Made by a program: the position numbers and the translations under genes
Assembly (NCBI RefSeq): GCF_009834535.1
Contig: NC_045697.1
Location: 113,400,001-113,464,000 of the forward strand
DNA: 64,000 nt
Reading direction: 5' to 3'
Origin: Camelus ferus
Lineage: Eukaryota
Shown here: piece after piece, positions 26,134 to 39,724 of the stretch
Layout: the number at the start of each line of letters is the position of its first letter
Numbering within the stretch: position 1 is the first letter of the stretch
The notes under the pieces: generated by a model
What the model saw: only the letters and a program-made list of their open reading frames with translations
Databases searched by the model: none
What the model was told of the DNA's origin: nothing

Positions 26134-27939
26134 TAAAGACTTCCTGAGCAGTTACAGTTCCATTCTGTCCCCAGGACTTGTCATCTCTTCCCCCGGACCT
26201 TATAAATATTTGACGTCATTCCAGTAAATTCTAGTTTTTCCATTAGTTACTTGCAACAGTAAATAACAATGCTCATTCTTTCATTTATTTGTTCCACAAA
26301 CATTTACAAAGCTCTTATGTGAGTTACATATTCTGCTTTTGCTGGAGACAGAGCTCACTGCCTTCAGAAGGACAAGCACTATGAAAGGAGAGTAAATGTT
26401 TCTTTGGGAATGATGTGTAGGAGACATTAATTCATAGACTTCAGAGAGCATGGTTTATATTTGGGGCTAATCAAAAATTGAAGAAGAAGCAATACTTCTG
26501 TTTTCTTAGGTTTATCCAATTAGTGGATGATTATTCTGATGCTATGGTTTGGGTTACTAAGAGTGAAGGGCGTATTTCATTTGTATTCCAGAGGCAACAA
26601 TGAAAAGGAAGACCTGGATTAATAAACCACTAACAACATGCTTTATTTTTCAAGGGACACTGAGTATCACTGAACAGCACGTCCTAATTAAGAAAAAGAA
26701 GGAGGGACGGTTTGGAGAGCCTGTGGGAGCAAAGGTTTATGTAACAAAATAGTGGAAGACAAGACTGAAAAGTAGAGAGCCTTCTGGACCAGGCTTTAAT
26801 GGGTTTAAATTTTATTCTTGAAGCAGAGAAACATTATATAAATAATTACAGAGTGAAACAATGTCTAAGTCCAGTTTGGGGAGGATTCCTTATGCAATGT
26901 GAGCCTCGGGGCTGGAAAAGTGCTTAGAATTTTCAAAGTTTCTGTGGGTACCAGTAATGAGATCAAGACTGTGTCATCCAGCCATATTCAGTGGGGACTA
27001 GTTTCAAAAAGGGTATAAGAGCAGGTAATGAAAGGGTCTGACTGCCTAATCAATAAAGTGGTAGCTTTCAAGGCATTGTCATTGTCAAGCCTCAGGGATG
27101 CTCATATCTGGTCTCTGAAACAGCTCTAATTGGATGCTAGGCTTCAAAGTGACCTGTGCTATTTAACCTTAACAATTTGAGACAGCTATTGCTTACTGTT
27201 TAAAAAGGGTAAAGGTTATAAGTTTGTTAACGTAAAACCTACAATAGCAGAAATTTACACAAAACTGGGAAGAAGTGGGAACACTGGACCAACTTTGATT
27301 CCTGAACTAAAAGAAAGATGAAAGGACAGCAAGAATAAACCAACAGCCGGAAACAAAGCCGGGGGTGAATATGAACACCAGTGAGGAACAGAAAAACCAC
27401 AGATATTCCCCAAGTGTGTGAATTCCTGGTTTTGCTGAACACAAACTTCCAAACCACAGATATGAATTGGTCATTTTCTGAATTACAAAGATCATGTTGA
27501 TTTATGCAACACTTTCAGAAAGAGTTGACTTTCTAGTGTTCTACTTTGGACATTTTTATTATTGCTTCATCATCTTTTTTGAAAATTTGCTTACAACTCC
27601 ATGCAAACGTTGTTGGCTGAATGCATGCCTACCTTTCTCCCAATTCCAACAAGTGCTTTCTGAAGAAAAACATTTTTATACATTGGAAAATTGAGTTATA
27701 GAATTCATTTTGACTGCCATGCACGTAGGAACTCCATCAATTTAATCAGGCATCCTCAAGCAGAGCAACACATTTCTTTCAACTAGGAATTAAGACAGTA
27801 GTTGCTGGGAGTCCTCTCATATTCTTCCACTTATTGGCAAGGGCAGTATTTTTATAAATTAAACATTAGAATGCTTTCAAAAGCCATCTTCTGAGGTTAT
27901 GGGTCACAGTGGTAGGGCACCTGGAAGCTCCTAGAGCAG

Positions 27940-28750
27940 TGGCATGATCTGCAGCAGTAGCAGCAGAACTGGGTCACATAGGTTTAGGAAGTTCTCTTAA
28001 CATCGGAGATCCCAATAGAGATGTCAACTCGCAAGTTGTGTCTATGAGTCTAGGGCTCTTGGAAGCCATCTGGGTGGAATGTAAAACTTTTGAAATCAAT
28101 AGGATACAAGTAGCATTTAAAGCCCTGGGAATGGAGGAAGTCGCTGAGGGGGCAATTAGGATGGGAATGCAAGAGGGTCTAAACAGTTCCTGAAGATTCC
28201 ATAACTAACGTGGAAGTTGTGTAGGAAAAGAGTCGATGGTGAAGAATAAAAACAAGCTTCCAGTAAGGCTGGATAAAATACATTAAAGTGTGCTGTATTG
28301 GAAGGTAAGATACAGAATATTTCAAAGAGGAAGGAGTATTTACCTGAGTCCAATCCTGCTGGGGGATACAGAAAGCTGAGAAAATAAAAAAAAAAAATCT
28401 CTACTGGAAGTGGTAACATTGAGATCATTAGTGATTTCACAGAGGAAGGATGAGCTCCATGTTGTAGTGTGTTGGAGATTAAGGATGAGCTGAAGGAGCA
28501 CAGGTAGCCTGTATGGTTAGGGGAGAGGAAAAGTGTGGATGCAGCCAAGGAGCCAAAGAGCGAGAGAGCGATGAAGAGGTTGTTCGTTCTTCTTGATATG
28601 TTTTCAAACTGGGTATACCTAGCCATGATTGTGAGTTTAGGGAGGCAATTCATTAGAAAGGGAGATATTTATGAAGGTGAGGGAAGATAACTAAAGAGAT
28701 GTTTAGTAGACACAAAGGAAATGGAGAAAAGAACCCAAGCTGATGAACTG
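27940..28750 (-). mobile_element. LINE-2 remnant
   Basis: ggtaacattgagatcattagtgatttcacagagga...gagtttagggaggcaattcattagaaaggga. Confidence 0.65.
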
Positions 28751-28783
28751 GAGATATTTCTAATTAAATAGATGCAAATTTCT

Positions 28784-28905
28784 GTTGACAAGGTTAAGCT
28801 TCACCTGGATCCTGTGCTCCTGGAAAACAGCGCTGGTTACAAAATCCTGCTTCCTTTTTGCATTTCAGGAGATAACTTACTGCAAGAAACTACCCTCTAA
28901 ATGAC
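28784..28905 (+). mobile_element. LTR 5' fragment (MER54/MER73-like ERVL)
   Basis: cctgtgctcctggaaaacagc...cttactgcaagaaactaccct. Confidence 0.45.
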
Positions 28906-29122
28906 TAAAGTCAGCGATTTTGGACACCATTGGCACTACATAGTTTTGTTTGCCAACGTCCTTGTAAAATAAACCAATCCCAGTTTCTCAGCAAAAAGAG
29001 TCTGCTCTATCACATAATCCTTTTCTGTATAAGGTTTAGCAGTTAATTAATTTTTTTTTCCCTGCAGCCTTCTGTTCAGCAGGACTACCGAACCTGCGAA
29101 CATTTTTCAAGTTATGTCTCCT

Positions 29123-30068
29123 TTTGCCCAGTTTTGTTCTTTATTCTCAAAATTGCTTTAGCAATTTGGGGTCTTTTGTGGTTCCATATAAATTTTAGGA
29201 TTATTCATTCAATTCTGTGAAAAAATGTCACGGGTATTTTGACAGGAGTTTCATTAAATCTGTGGGTTGCTGTGTGTAGTATGGACATTTTAATAATATT
29301 AATTCCTCCAATCCAAGAACACTGGATATCTTTCTATTTCTTTGAATTATCTTTAATTTCCTTCATCAATGTTTTATAGTTTTCAGAGTATAGGTCTTTT
29401 AACTCCTTGGTTAAGTTTATTCCTAGATTATCTATTCTTTTTGATGCAATTTTAAATGGAATTGTTTTCTTGCTTTCTGCTTCAGATAGTTCATTATTAC
29501 TGTATAGAAAAATAACAGATTTCTGTATGTTAATACTGTGTCCTGCAAATTTACTGAATTCATTTTTTAGTTCTAATAGAGTTTGGTGAAGACCTTAGGG
29601 GTTTCTATGTATCATCATGTCATCTGCAAATAAGGACAGTTTTACTTCTTTCCTTCTAATTTGGATACCTTTTATTTTACTTTTTCTCTCATTGTTGACT
29701 TTCGGTACTATCTTTAATAGAAGTGGTGAGAATGTCTTATTTCTGACTTTAGAGGAAACTAGCTGTTGAGTTTGATGTTAGCTTGTATCCCTGAAACGAA
29801 CCTAATTTGATCATGGTGTATGATCCTTTTTATATACTGCTCAACTCAGTTTGTCAATATTTGGTTGAGTTTTTTACATCCATATTCGTTAGAGATATTA
29901 GCCTGTAATTTCTTTCTTTCTCTTTCTTCCTTCTTTCCTTCTTTCCTTCCTTCCTTCCTTCCTTCCTCCCTCCCTCCCTCTTCCTTCCCTCCCTCTTCCT
30001 TCCTTCTTCCTCCTTCCTTCCTTCCTTCCTTCCTTCCTTCCTTCCTTCCTTCTTTCTTTCTTCCTTCT

Positions 30069-30109
<41 letters not shown>

Positions 30110-31032
30110 TTTCTTCTTTCTTTCTTTCTTTCTTTTCTTCTTTCTTTCTTTCTTCTTCCTTCCTTCCTTCCTTCCTTCCTTCCTTCCTTCCTTCCTTCCT
30201 TCCCCTTCCCCTTCCCTCCTTCCTTATTTTTCTCTCGCTCTTTTTGGTAGTGTCTTTGTCTGGTTTTGGTATCAATGTAATGGTGGCTTCATTGAATGAA
30301 TCTGGGAGTATTCCATCTTCAATATTTTGGAATAGCTTGAGAAAGATAGATATTTAGATATCTTCTCTTCTTCATAGATTTGGTAGAATTCGCCTGTGAA
30401 GCTGACTAGCCCTGCACTTTTGTTTGCTGGAAATTTTTAAGTCACAAATTCAATTTCACTTCTAGTAATAGGTCTGTTCAAGTTGTCTGTTTCTCTTTGG
30501 TTCAGTCTTGGAAAGTTGTATGCTTCTAGATATTTGTCCATTTCTTCTAGATTCTGATTTGTTGTCGTATAAATGTTCATAGTACTCTCTTATGACTTTT
30601 TTGTATCTTTGTGGCATCAGTTGATATTCTCTTCTTTCATTTCTTGCTTTGTTTATTTAGGTCCTCTCTTCTTTCTTCTTGATGAGCCCAGTTAAAGGCA
30701 TTTCAATTTTGTTTATCTTTAAAAAAATCTCTGAGTTTTATTGATCTTTTCTACTGCCTTTTTTTTTTTTTCTAAATCTCTGTTTATTTACTTCCTCTCT
30801 GAATTTTACTATCTCCTTCCTCTGCTGACTTTGGGCTTTGTTCTTTGTCAATGTCTTGGGATGGACAGTTAATTTGTTTATTTGAGCTATTTCTCATTGC
30901 TTGAAGTAAGTCTGTATTGCTATAAACATTCCTCTTAGAAATACTTCCCTGCATCCCATAGATTTGGGGATATTGTGTTTCATTTTCATTTGTCTTGAGT
31001 TATTTTATGATTTCCTCTTTGATTTCATCACT

Positions 31033-31065
<33 letters not shown>

Positions 31066-34000
31066 GTAGTATGTTTTCTAGTCTCAACTTATTTTGCATT
31101 TTTCCCATTTTTCTTTCTGTAATTGATTTCTACTTCAATGTCATTGTGGTCAGAAATAATGCTTGATATAATTTCTATCTTCTTAAATTTGTTGAGACTT
31201 GTTTTGTGACTTAGCCTGTGATGTATCTGGGAGACCATTCCATGTGAACTTAACAAGAATGTGTATGATGCTGTTTTGGGATGGAATGTCCTGTAGACAT
31301 CTATTAAGTCCACTTGGTCTATTATATTTTTTAAGACTACTGTTGCCTTATTGATTTTCTGTCTGGATAATCTGTCCATTGATGTAAGTGAGGCTTAAAG
31401 TTCTCCAATATTATCGTATCATTGCCAGTTTCACCCTTTATGTCTGTTAATATTTGCTTTATATATTTAGATGCCCCTGTATTAGGTGCATATATATTAA
31501 TGTGTATAATATTCTCTTCTTTATTGATCCTTTTATCATTATATAGTATTATTCTTTGTCTTTTATTACACACCTTACTTTAAAGTCCATTTTGTCTGAT
31601 ATGAGTATGGCTACCCCCACTTTCTTGTCATTTCCATTTATATGAAATATCTTTCTCCATCCCCCCCCCTTTTAGTCTGTGTGTGTCTTTAGTTCTGAAG
31701 TGAGTCTCTTTTAAGCAGCATTTAGATGGGTCTTGTTTTTTCAATTCCCTAAGCCACCTGATTGATGTCTTTTGATTGGATCATTTAGTCCATTGACATT
31801 TAAAGTATTTATTGATAGGTACTTACTGCCATTTTGTTACCTGTTTTTCAGTTGTTTTTGTAGTTATTCTCTGTTCATTTCTTCTTTAAATTTCTTTGTT
31901 TGATGATTTTATTTAGTGGTATGCTTGTGCTTCTTTCTCTCTGGTTTTTGTGTGTCTGTTGTAAGTTTTTGACTTGTGGTTACTATGGGTTTGTTTAAGT
32001 TTGCTTACAACTATATCCACTTGCTTTAAACATGTTCAATCACATTCTTCACTTTTTATTCCTCTCCCTCATAGTTTGTGTTTTTGATGTTATATTTTAC
32101 ATCTTTGTGTTTATCCCTTTACTGATTATTGTAGTTATAGTTAATTTTATAATTTTTTTTGTCTCTAAATTTTGTACTAGCTTATTAAAGTGGTTGATCT
32201 TCAGCCCTTACTATAGATTTGCCTTTACTAGTGGGATTTTTCTTTCCTATAGTTTCTTTGTTCTTGTTAAAGCCTTTTCTTTTCCACTTAGATAAGTTTT
32301 TTTTTTTTTTTAACATTTTAAGGGTATATTTAGTATTGATGAACTCCTTTAGGTTTTGCTTGTCTGAGAATTTCTTTATCTCTCCATTGATTTTAAATAA
32401 TAATTTTGATGTGTAGAGTTTCCTAGGTTGCAGGTTTTCCCTTTCAGTACTTTGTATACAGTATGGCACTGCCTCCTGGCCTGCAAAGTTTCTGCAGAAA
32501 AATCAGCTGATGGTCTTATGGGGGTTCTCTTGTATATGGCTCTACTGCTTTTAGAATTCTCTTTTTATCTTAAACTTTTGCCAGTTTAGTTATGATATGT
32601 CTTGCTGTGGGTCTGTTAGAATCATCTTGTTTGGGACCCTCTGTAGTTCATGTACCTGGATGTCTGTTTCCTTCTTCATGTTTGGAAAGTCTTCAACCAT
32701 AATATCATTAAGTACATTTGACCCCTTTCCCTCTTCTCCTTCTTGGACCCCTATAATGTGAATGTTGGTAGGTTTGATGGTTTACCAGAGATCTCTTAAA
32801 CTGTTTTCAGTTTTAAAAATTTCTTTTTCTTCTTGCTGTGCTGATTGGATGATTTCCATTATTCTATCTTCCAAATCGCTTATGAATTCTTCTGTAGTCT
32901 GCTGTTCTTCATATCTGTTATTTTATTCTTCAGTACTGCCTGGTTCTTTTTATATTTTCTAGTTCATTGTTAAAATTCTCACTGTGTTCATCTCTTCTTT
33001 TCCTTAATTCCGTTAGCATTTTTTACTATAACACTCTGAGCTCCTGATTTGGTAAATTGTTTATCTCTGTTTCATTAGTTGTTTTTTTTCAGAGTTTTCC
33101 TCTTGCTTTTTTAATTGAAACAAATTCCTGGTCTTCTAATTTTACTTAACTTTCTCTGTCTCTATGAAATTAGGTAAAACATTTATTGTGGTCTTGAAGT
33201 GGTGTCCTTGTGTGGGGCACCCCCCTGTACAGTCTGCATGTGCCCAGTGGCTTTGCAGTGAGAGCTGGATCTGATGTGAACATAAGTCATGTCTTTCCCC
33301 AGGATGTGCTGGCAGCTATCACCTTGGCTGGAGGTGGGGCTGTAGATGGAGGGACTTGAGCTAGAGCCAGGTGTGAGTGGAGCTTCCCCTATCCTCAGTA
33401 GCCAGTACCACAGCTATCAGGGGTGAGGTTGAGTTCCAAGTTGCTGAAGCAAAAGCCCTGAAGTTCGGGTCTGAACTGGCTCCATTCCCTTCAAGTGTGT
33501 GCTCTCTCCCCTCTCAGCATCAGCATCCTTGCCCCAGAAGGGAGCAAGAGGGACTCATGGGGCACTCAGCATGGGTCTGAGAGCAGGTTTCAGAAGTTGG
33601 GACTGCTTCTGATGCTCTGTCTGTGTAAGCACTACTAATGGCTTCCCTCACTCTGTTCAGATGCTGCTATGGGTCTCAGCCTTCTTTGTCCCTTAAAGCT
33701 GAGCTCTCTTGCTCTGGTGGAAAGCTTCACCATAGGGTAGACAGGGCTTATCTGGGCTCCTGGCATGGGTTGCGGTGTGGGCTATGGTGGTCCAGCCACA
33801 GACAAATATCAAGACTGCTTCTGGTGCTTCCCTACCCTGCTCAGATGCTGCTTTGGGTCTGAGCTGGCTTTGCGTCTCACAGCTGAGATCCCTACTCAGC
33901 TGTGGCAACCGTTGACCCAGTGTGGAGCTGCATTGTGAAGCAAGCAGGGCTGGAGTGGTTGCAGGAAACCAGCCAGCCACCTGTGCAGTTTCAATCTGCC

Positions 34001-34440
34001 CTCCCCATCCTGCTTCAAAAATAGGCATGTGTGCACTTCTCACAGGCTGACTCCAGACTTCCCACAGCCCTCCTGTTAGTCCCACTGGCCCTCTTGCCAG
34101 GCCAGCAGACTCATCTTCCTGGTGTCAGACCCCGGGGCTGGGGCACCCAATGTGTGTGGCTCAAATAGCTCACCCCCCAGGAAGGAGGTCCACTCAAGCA
34201 ATTTTTTTTCTCTTTTGAGTTCCCTCCCTGGGGCACAGATTCTGACCTGATTACTGCTCCTGCCTTTATGTCTGATTCTGTGTGTATCTTTCTTACAGCC
34301 TTGGTTGTACAGGAGCCTTTCGGCTAGTTCCCAGTTAGTTTTTAGTGAGAGTTGTTCCACATGTAGTTGTGTTTTTGATATATTTGTGGTGGGAGGTGAG
34401 CTCCACATCCTCCTACTCTGACGTCTTGATCTCTTCCTCC
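29123..34440 (-). mobile_element. Decayed LINE-1 with 5'UTR, ORF1, ORF2 endonuclease and RT; 3' end missing
   Basis: ORF1 C-terminus (ENLQPRKLYTSKLLFKINGEIKKFSDKQNLKEFI, 32185-32469); endonuclease (INIYAPNTGASKYIKQIL, DLIDVYRTFHP, SDHN); [13 protein letters not shown]-richer 5'UTR at 33200-34440 starting ggaggaagagatcaaga on the minus strand. Confidence 0.95.
29910..30225. repeat. Compound (TTTC)n/(TTCC)n polypyrimidine microsatellite inside L1 ORF2
   Basis: ~315 bp pure pyrimidine tract. Confidence 0.97.
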
Positions 34441-34459
34441 TTTTGTTCAGGTATTGTAA

Positions 34460-34461
<2 letters not shown>

Positions 34462-34498
<37 letters not shown>
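34462..34498. repeat. (TG)n microsatellite
   Basis: Directly visible. Confidence 0.97.
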
Positions 34499-34499
<1 letters not shown>

Positions 34500-34503
<4 letters not shown>

Positions 34504-34620
34504 TAGGTGGTAGATAATTAAGTTTACTTATTTATTTTTTAGGGGAGGTATGGAGATTGAAGCCAGGACCTCGTGCATGCTAAGCACGTGCTCTACCACT
34601 TGAGCTATACCCTTCCCCCT
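34500..34620 (-). mobile_element. tRNA-derived SINE (long-tail variant)
   Basis: gattgaagccaggacctcgtgcatgctaagcacgtgctctaccacttgagctataccc plus extra tail segment gtagataattaagttt. Confidence 0.9.
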
Positions 34621-36559
34621 TCAAGTGTTGTCACTGTGTGGATTGCAGAGTGTTGCTAAAGTGACTTGTTAGTTTAAGATCTGAGCAATGTCTGTTGTAG
34701 TTCTGTTTGCTGAAGTTAATGAATGAGAGATAACACGTCCTTATCTACCAAACTCTCTTGAATTCAAAATTTGGAAAAAATATATTAGGGTAGCATTCAC
34801 ATTAATCAGTTTAAAGCACTACTTTCTTGAAGATAAGCGATTCTTCCTACTAATAGCTTCTTTAAATAGCTCTCATCTTATCTACTGATGGTATATGTGA
34901 ATACTCATGCAAGCTGCATACTTTTTTTTTTTTTACTGTGCTTAAAAGACTCTATTAATCAAATGCCTCAAAACCTTCTTAATTTCAAGATTTATTATTT
35001 GTCCCCTGTGCTTCCTTTGGCAATGACCAGATAGTAGCTTATTTTGCCTCAAAGCTTAGTTCAATAAGTAAGAGGGCTTTACTTTGATTTACTCTTAAAA
35101 TAAACAATTTCCTTTACATCTTGCCAGTCCCTTACTCATAAATGGAAATAATTAAAAGAGGAAAAAAATTCAGGCTAATCTCTTGGAACTTTTCATGTTT
35201 TTGAAAAAGGCTGGAAGTTTCATTATATGGTTACTTCAAGGCTCCCAGTCACAGCTGACTGATGGAATCTTATTCATTTAAAAGTAATTATATTCCAAGC
35301 ATAATGACTTCCAGCCATTCTTTAGGATGAGATAAAAACTCAATTTGGCGGTGAAAGCCATTCAGCTCTCAGTTTAATTTTAATTAAAGGATATAGAACC
35401 TCAAAGGAATAGGTAGTTACCAACTTAAACAAATAGCCATATCAGAGTAGTATTAAGATAAAAAAAATCAAACTTAACAATGCAAGTGAAAATATGTTAG
35501 CACTCTCAATTGATTTTTAATGATGCATAATTAATAACATTTTAAGAATCTAAATAAATGCATGGAAGACTGCTCACTGAGAAATCAAACAGAATTTATC
35601 CTTTGTGACATTTACAAATGAGCCCCAGATAGGATATAATTTATTTTACCTTTAACTATTTCTGAAGATAAAAATGCATTAGTATCCTCTGAGCATCCAA
35701 GGAAAAAAAAAATACCAGATTTCTTCCAGAGTAGGGGAAAAAAGTTTGGCTCAAACTTCTTGTTAGCAACATACAATGCAAGGCAACAGTGGAGCAAAAT
35801 TTTCCAGAAATCTAAAGAAAATAAGTATGAGCTAAGGGTTTTGATGTTTCAAGACTATAGAAAAGTAATGTAAGCTGCAAGTATGTGAATAAAACGTAAG
35901 GACTGCTGCATATATAAGCCTTTTCTGAGGAATCTATTAAAGGACAAGCTTCATTAATCTCCCCCCCTAAAATAATTGGGAAAATTGGCCCTGGAAAACT
36001 GAATATTTTTAATAGTATATCTAAGATTAAAAAGAAGGTAGGGATACAGTTGGAAAATAGTATGCAAATATTATGAATGAAACAATGAAGAAACTGGAAG
36101 GAGAAACAAGAGAAAGGGGAGAGTAGGACAGATTCACATGGCTCGGCAGATAATAGGTGGGAGTCAGGGGATAAGAGGAGACCAAGCAAGGAAACAAATA
36201 CTGTGAACATTGAGCAGAGTTATTTGTATAAATGCTGCCCCTAGAACAGTAATGTGAGGGTACAGCCTGCCAGTTGGGTTAGGAGTTCGCCTTTCTGACT
36301 GGCTGTGCTGTACAGCAGACTTGCTAAGTCAAACCCCCATAAGTGTAGAAGTCAACTCTTGTTACAAGTCTGTCTCTCTATCTATATACTCATCCATCTT
36401 TTCACCCGTCTCTATCTAAGTAGATGGATATATGAATGCATAAGTATATATATATTTGCATGTGTGTATGTTTCTACACACACACATCTCCTTCTCTGGT
36501 TGAACTCTGGCACATACAATTAGCAGCATATCCATCAGCATATTTTTTAAAAAATATAT

Positions 36560-38600
36560 ATATCACAATTAAGTAGGGTTTATTGCAGGAATTTAAGAGT
36601 AATTCAATATTAAGAATTTCATTAATACAATTCATCCTGTTAAGACATCTAAGGAGAAAAATCATATGATCATCTCCACAGTGTCTGAAAAACACTTCAA
36701 CAAGATTCAATCCCCATTCCTGATAATCCACTCATTTACAGGAACTGATGGATAATTCTTACTGTGATATGCTTCAGTCTCAAAGCTAAACCAATGGGGA
36801 AAAAAAGAGACACTTCTTTTAAAGTGATGCATAAGGAGGAATATCTACTTTCTCTATTACTCTTTGCCATTATATTGGAGGTATTGGTCAGTGCAACATG
36901 AAAAGAAACAACACTAACATGTTTGAGAATTGAAATAGAAGAAGTGAAAGTACCTACATTTGTAAATAACGTGATGCTATACCTGAAAAACTCAACAAGG
37001 TCAATGTTAAAGCTTATACAAACAATAAAAGAATGCAGTAAGGGAGCGAGATATAAAAGTAACACAGAAAATGCAATAGTTTTCATAAGTATTAATAAAA
37101 ACCAGTTAAAATACATAATGGAAACGCAGATTGCATTCACAATAATGACAGAAGGGCAAAACACTTAGGAATACACTCAAATAACAGTAGCAAAACCTGC
37201 TCAAGGAGTACTTTACAACACACATGAAAGACAGAAAAGTATATTTTAAAAAATGTGTATCTCAAACTCTCAAATTTATCCCTTCCCACCGCCTTTCCCC
37301 AGTAACCATAAGATTGTTTACTATGTCTGGGTCTGTTTCTGTTTTGTAGGTTAATTCATAGTTTCCTTTTTTTTTTTTTTTTTCTTTTTTCATTTAGATT
37401 CTACATCTGAGTTATATTGTATTTTTCTTTCTCTTTCTGGCTTACTTCACTTAGGGAATTTGAGATTTACAAATGTTAGCCATTACATATAAAAATAGAT
37501 TTTAAAAAAGTTTCTGCTGTATAGCACAGGGAACTATGTTCAATATTTTGTAACGACCTTTAATGAAAAAAATATGAAAATGAATATATGTATGTATATG
37601 CATGACTGGGACATTGCGCTGTACGCCAGAAATTGACACATTGTAACTGACAGTACTTAAAAAAAAAAAAGTAAAAATTCTAATGTAGATTAACGTGTTG
37701 GTTATATATCTGTAACCAACAAGTTAATTTTTTTCTGGCTTTAGGCAAGTTGATTTTAAAGTTCATATGGGAAATCAAACATACAGAAATAGCCAAGACC
37801 AGCTATTAAAACATTTGAAAATCTTCTATAATTAAAGCAGTGTTGAATGAACTTAAATAGATTAATAGAGGAGACTAGAAAATCGAAAGTTGACTTAGGT
37901 ACTCATGGACATTTAGTTTATGATAAAGGAAGTATTTCAAATCTCTCAGGAAAATAGACTTGTAAATAAATGGTGTTAATATAACCAGTAGCCATTTGGA
38001 GAAAAGGTGGAAATTGGATCTATAACTCACACCACACACCAAAATAAACTCTGTACTAACTTAAATATGTGGAATGCCTTTCAAACTATGACCTAAAATA
38101 TAAGAGCAATAAAAGAAAAAGTTGATAAATTCAACTATATAAAATAAGAAAAGCATTTGTTAGTGACAACAGTTAAACAAAGCAAAACAAAATCACAGGC
38201 AAAATAAAAAGAAAATCATAAAATGGAAAAGATATTTGTAATTTACAACTTATATCACAGATAGAGGGCTAATCTCTAAATATTGAGGATTAAAACTCAA
38301 GAAGGAACAGACTATAAACCCAATCAACAAATGGACAAAAACCATGAACAGACAGACCATGGGAAAAGATAAATATATGGTCCTTAAACATATGAAAAGA
38401 ACTTCAGCTTTTCAATCAGAATAAGAAACATACAAGTTAGTGCCACACTATAGCTGTGTTTTTTGTTAGAATAATGTATGATAGTGTTTTAACTCATATT
38501 TAAACAGGATCTGAAATAGCACTTCCCATCTTATAACTTTGGCTAAAACATAGAAGTCCAAGATCATGGTGGTGGAAAGGACGGAGGACATTCACATTCT
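36560..38600 (+). mobile_element. Old LINE-1 ORF2 (RT to C-terminal region), interrupted by a younger L1
   Basis: gtagggtttattgcagga...gagaaaaatcatatgatcatctc encodes the degenerate GFI.G...EKNHMIIS RT block; ORF 36923-37168 has NVMLYLKN. Confidence 0.85.
37259..37670 (+). mobile_element. Young 5'-inverted (twin-primed) LINE-1 3' end
   Basis: 37259-37454 is antisense L1 3'UTR; 37455-37670 is the sense 3' end with polyA. Confidence 0.88.
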
Positions 38601-39724
38601 GCAGAGAGATGCTGGACCCATCTGTGCAGGTAGGTCTCACCTGGTTTGCCAAGAGTCTGCCAAAATGGTCCCTATACTACTAACCCCCAACTTGAATCTC
38701 CAGCTCATATCAGAGAAGGCTGGAGTTTCACTCTGGAGAGTCTTTAAAGGGAACTCATTTGCGCAGAAACACTATGGTGATGGTTCCTTCCCTTCCCTTT
38801 GGAGAGGGACAGGGAAGCGTTCCACCTGCCCCACTTCAGGTCGTGGCAGCAAGAGGACCACCTGGGAGATGGGCGTTTTCTGTGACGAGGGGCCTGGCCA
38901 GCATCTCCCTCTTTGGGTGGAGTCTGACAAGCAGCAGAGACAAGGTGGCCTGCCCGTTGCAGCTACTCCCGCTGCAAAGAGGGTTCTTAGCAGAAGGAAA
39001 CTGATACATTTTCCTGAGGTTGGAAGCCCGGTGTCCGCTCCTCACCTGGTGAGTTCTGAAGGCGGCTGCTGGCTGGATGATGGCAGAAGGAACAGAGGGG
39101 TCCTCCTATGTTTTCACAGATCAGTCCAACATCTAGGAGTTTGTCTGAGTCAAGTGACACGACACAGAATGGCTGGAACCAGGTCCTCTTGAAAGAACCT
39201 GTCAGAGAAATGCCTGCCCGGAGAGGAATGAGATTAGAAGAGGTCCAACCCGAAGCACACGTCAGGGTCAGTGACGGGAAGTGGGAGGTTCCCAGGGCAG
39301 TATCCGAGTTTCTAGGAAGAGCTGGGCATTGCTCCTCCTTACATCACCAGGAAGGAGGGCCCCCATGGCTGGGACATCAGAGGAAGAGACATGGAACATT
39401 TAGTCCTGTGTCACGGCCCTTCTTCTGTCCCCAATCCAAGATGAGTCAGAAGAATCAGAGCCGGCGGAGGAGGAAGAGGGGTCGCTCGGCTGGAGGAGGA
39501 GCCAAGGAGAGGACCCGCTCCTTTCCCTCCCCAGCACTGTGACGTCACCTCTCCTGGAGAGGCGGGGAAGTGAGGGAGAAAAGGAATATTCAAGTATTAT
39601 TGTGGGTGGAGTTTTATTTTTAATGCTTTAAAAGGAGGATATTCTTAGAGGTAAAGTTACTGTATATCACTGCAATTTACAGCAGTGACTCCCTGGTCAA
39701 TTGGGAAAAAACTGAGTATCTGAC

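Noticed and set aside
29820..30299. Long F/L/S/P-rich and K/E/R-rich ORFs here and at 63520-63983
   Set aside because: Translations of microsatellites
38566..39192. 208 aa ORF as a real gene
   Set aside because: No recognisable domain, starts in an L1 remnant, and GC-rich DNA is naturally poor in stop codons
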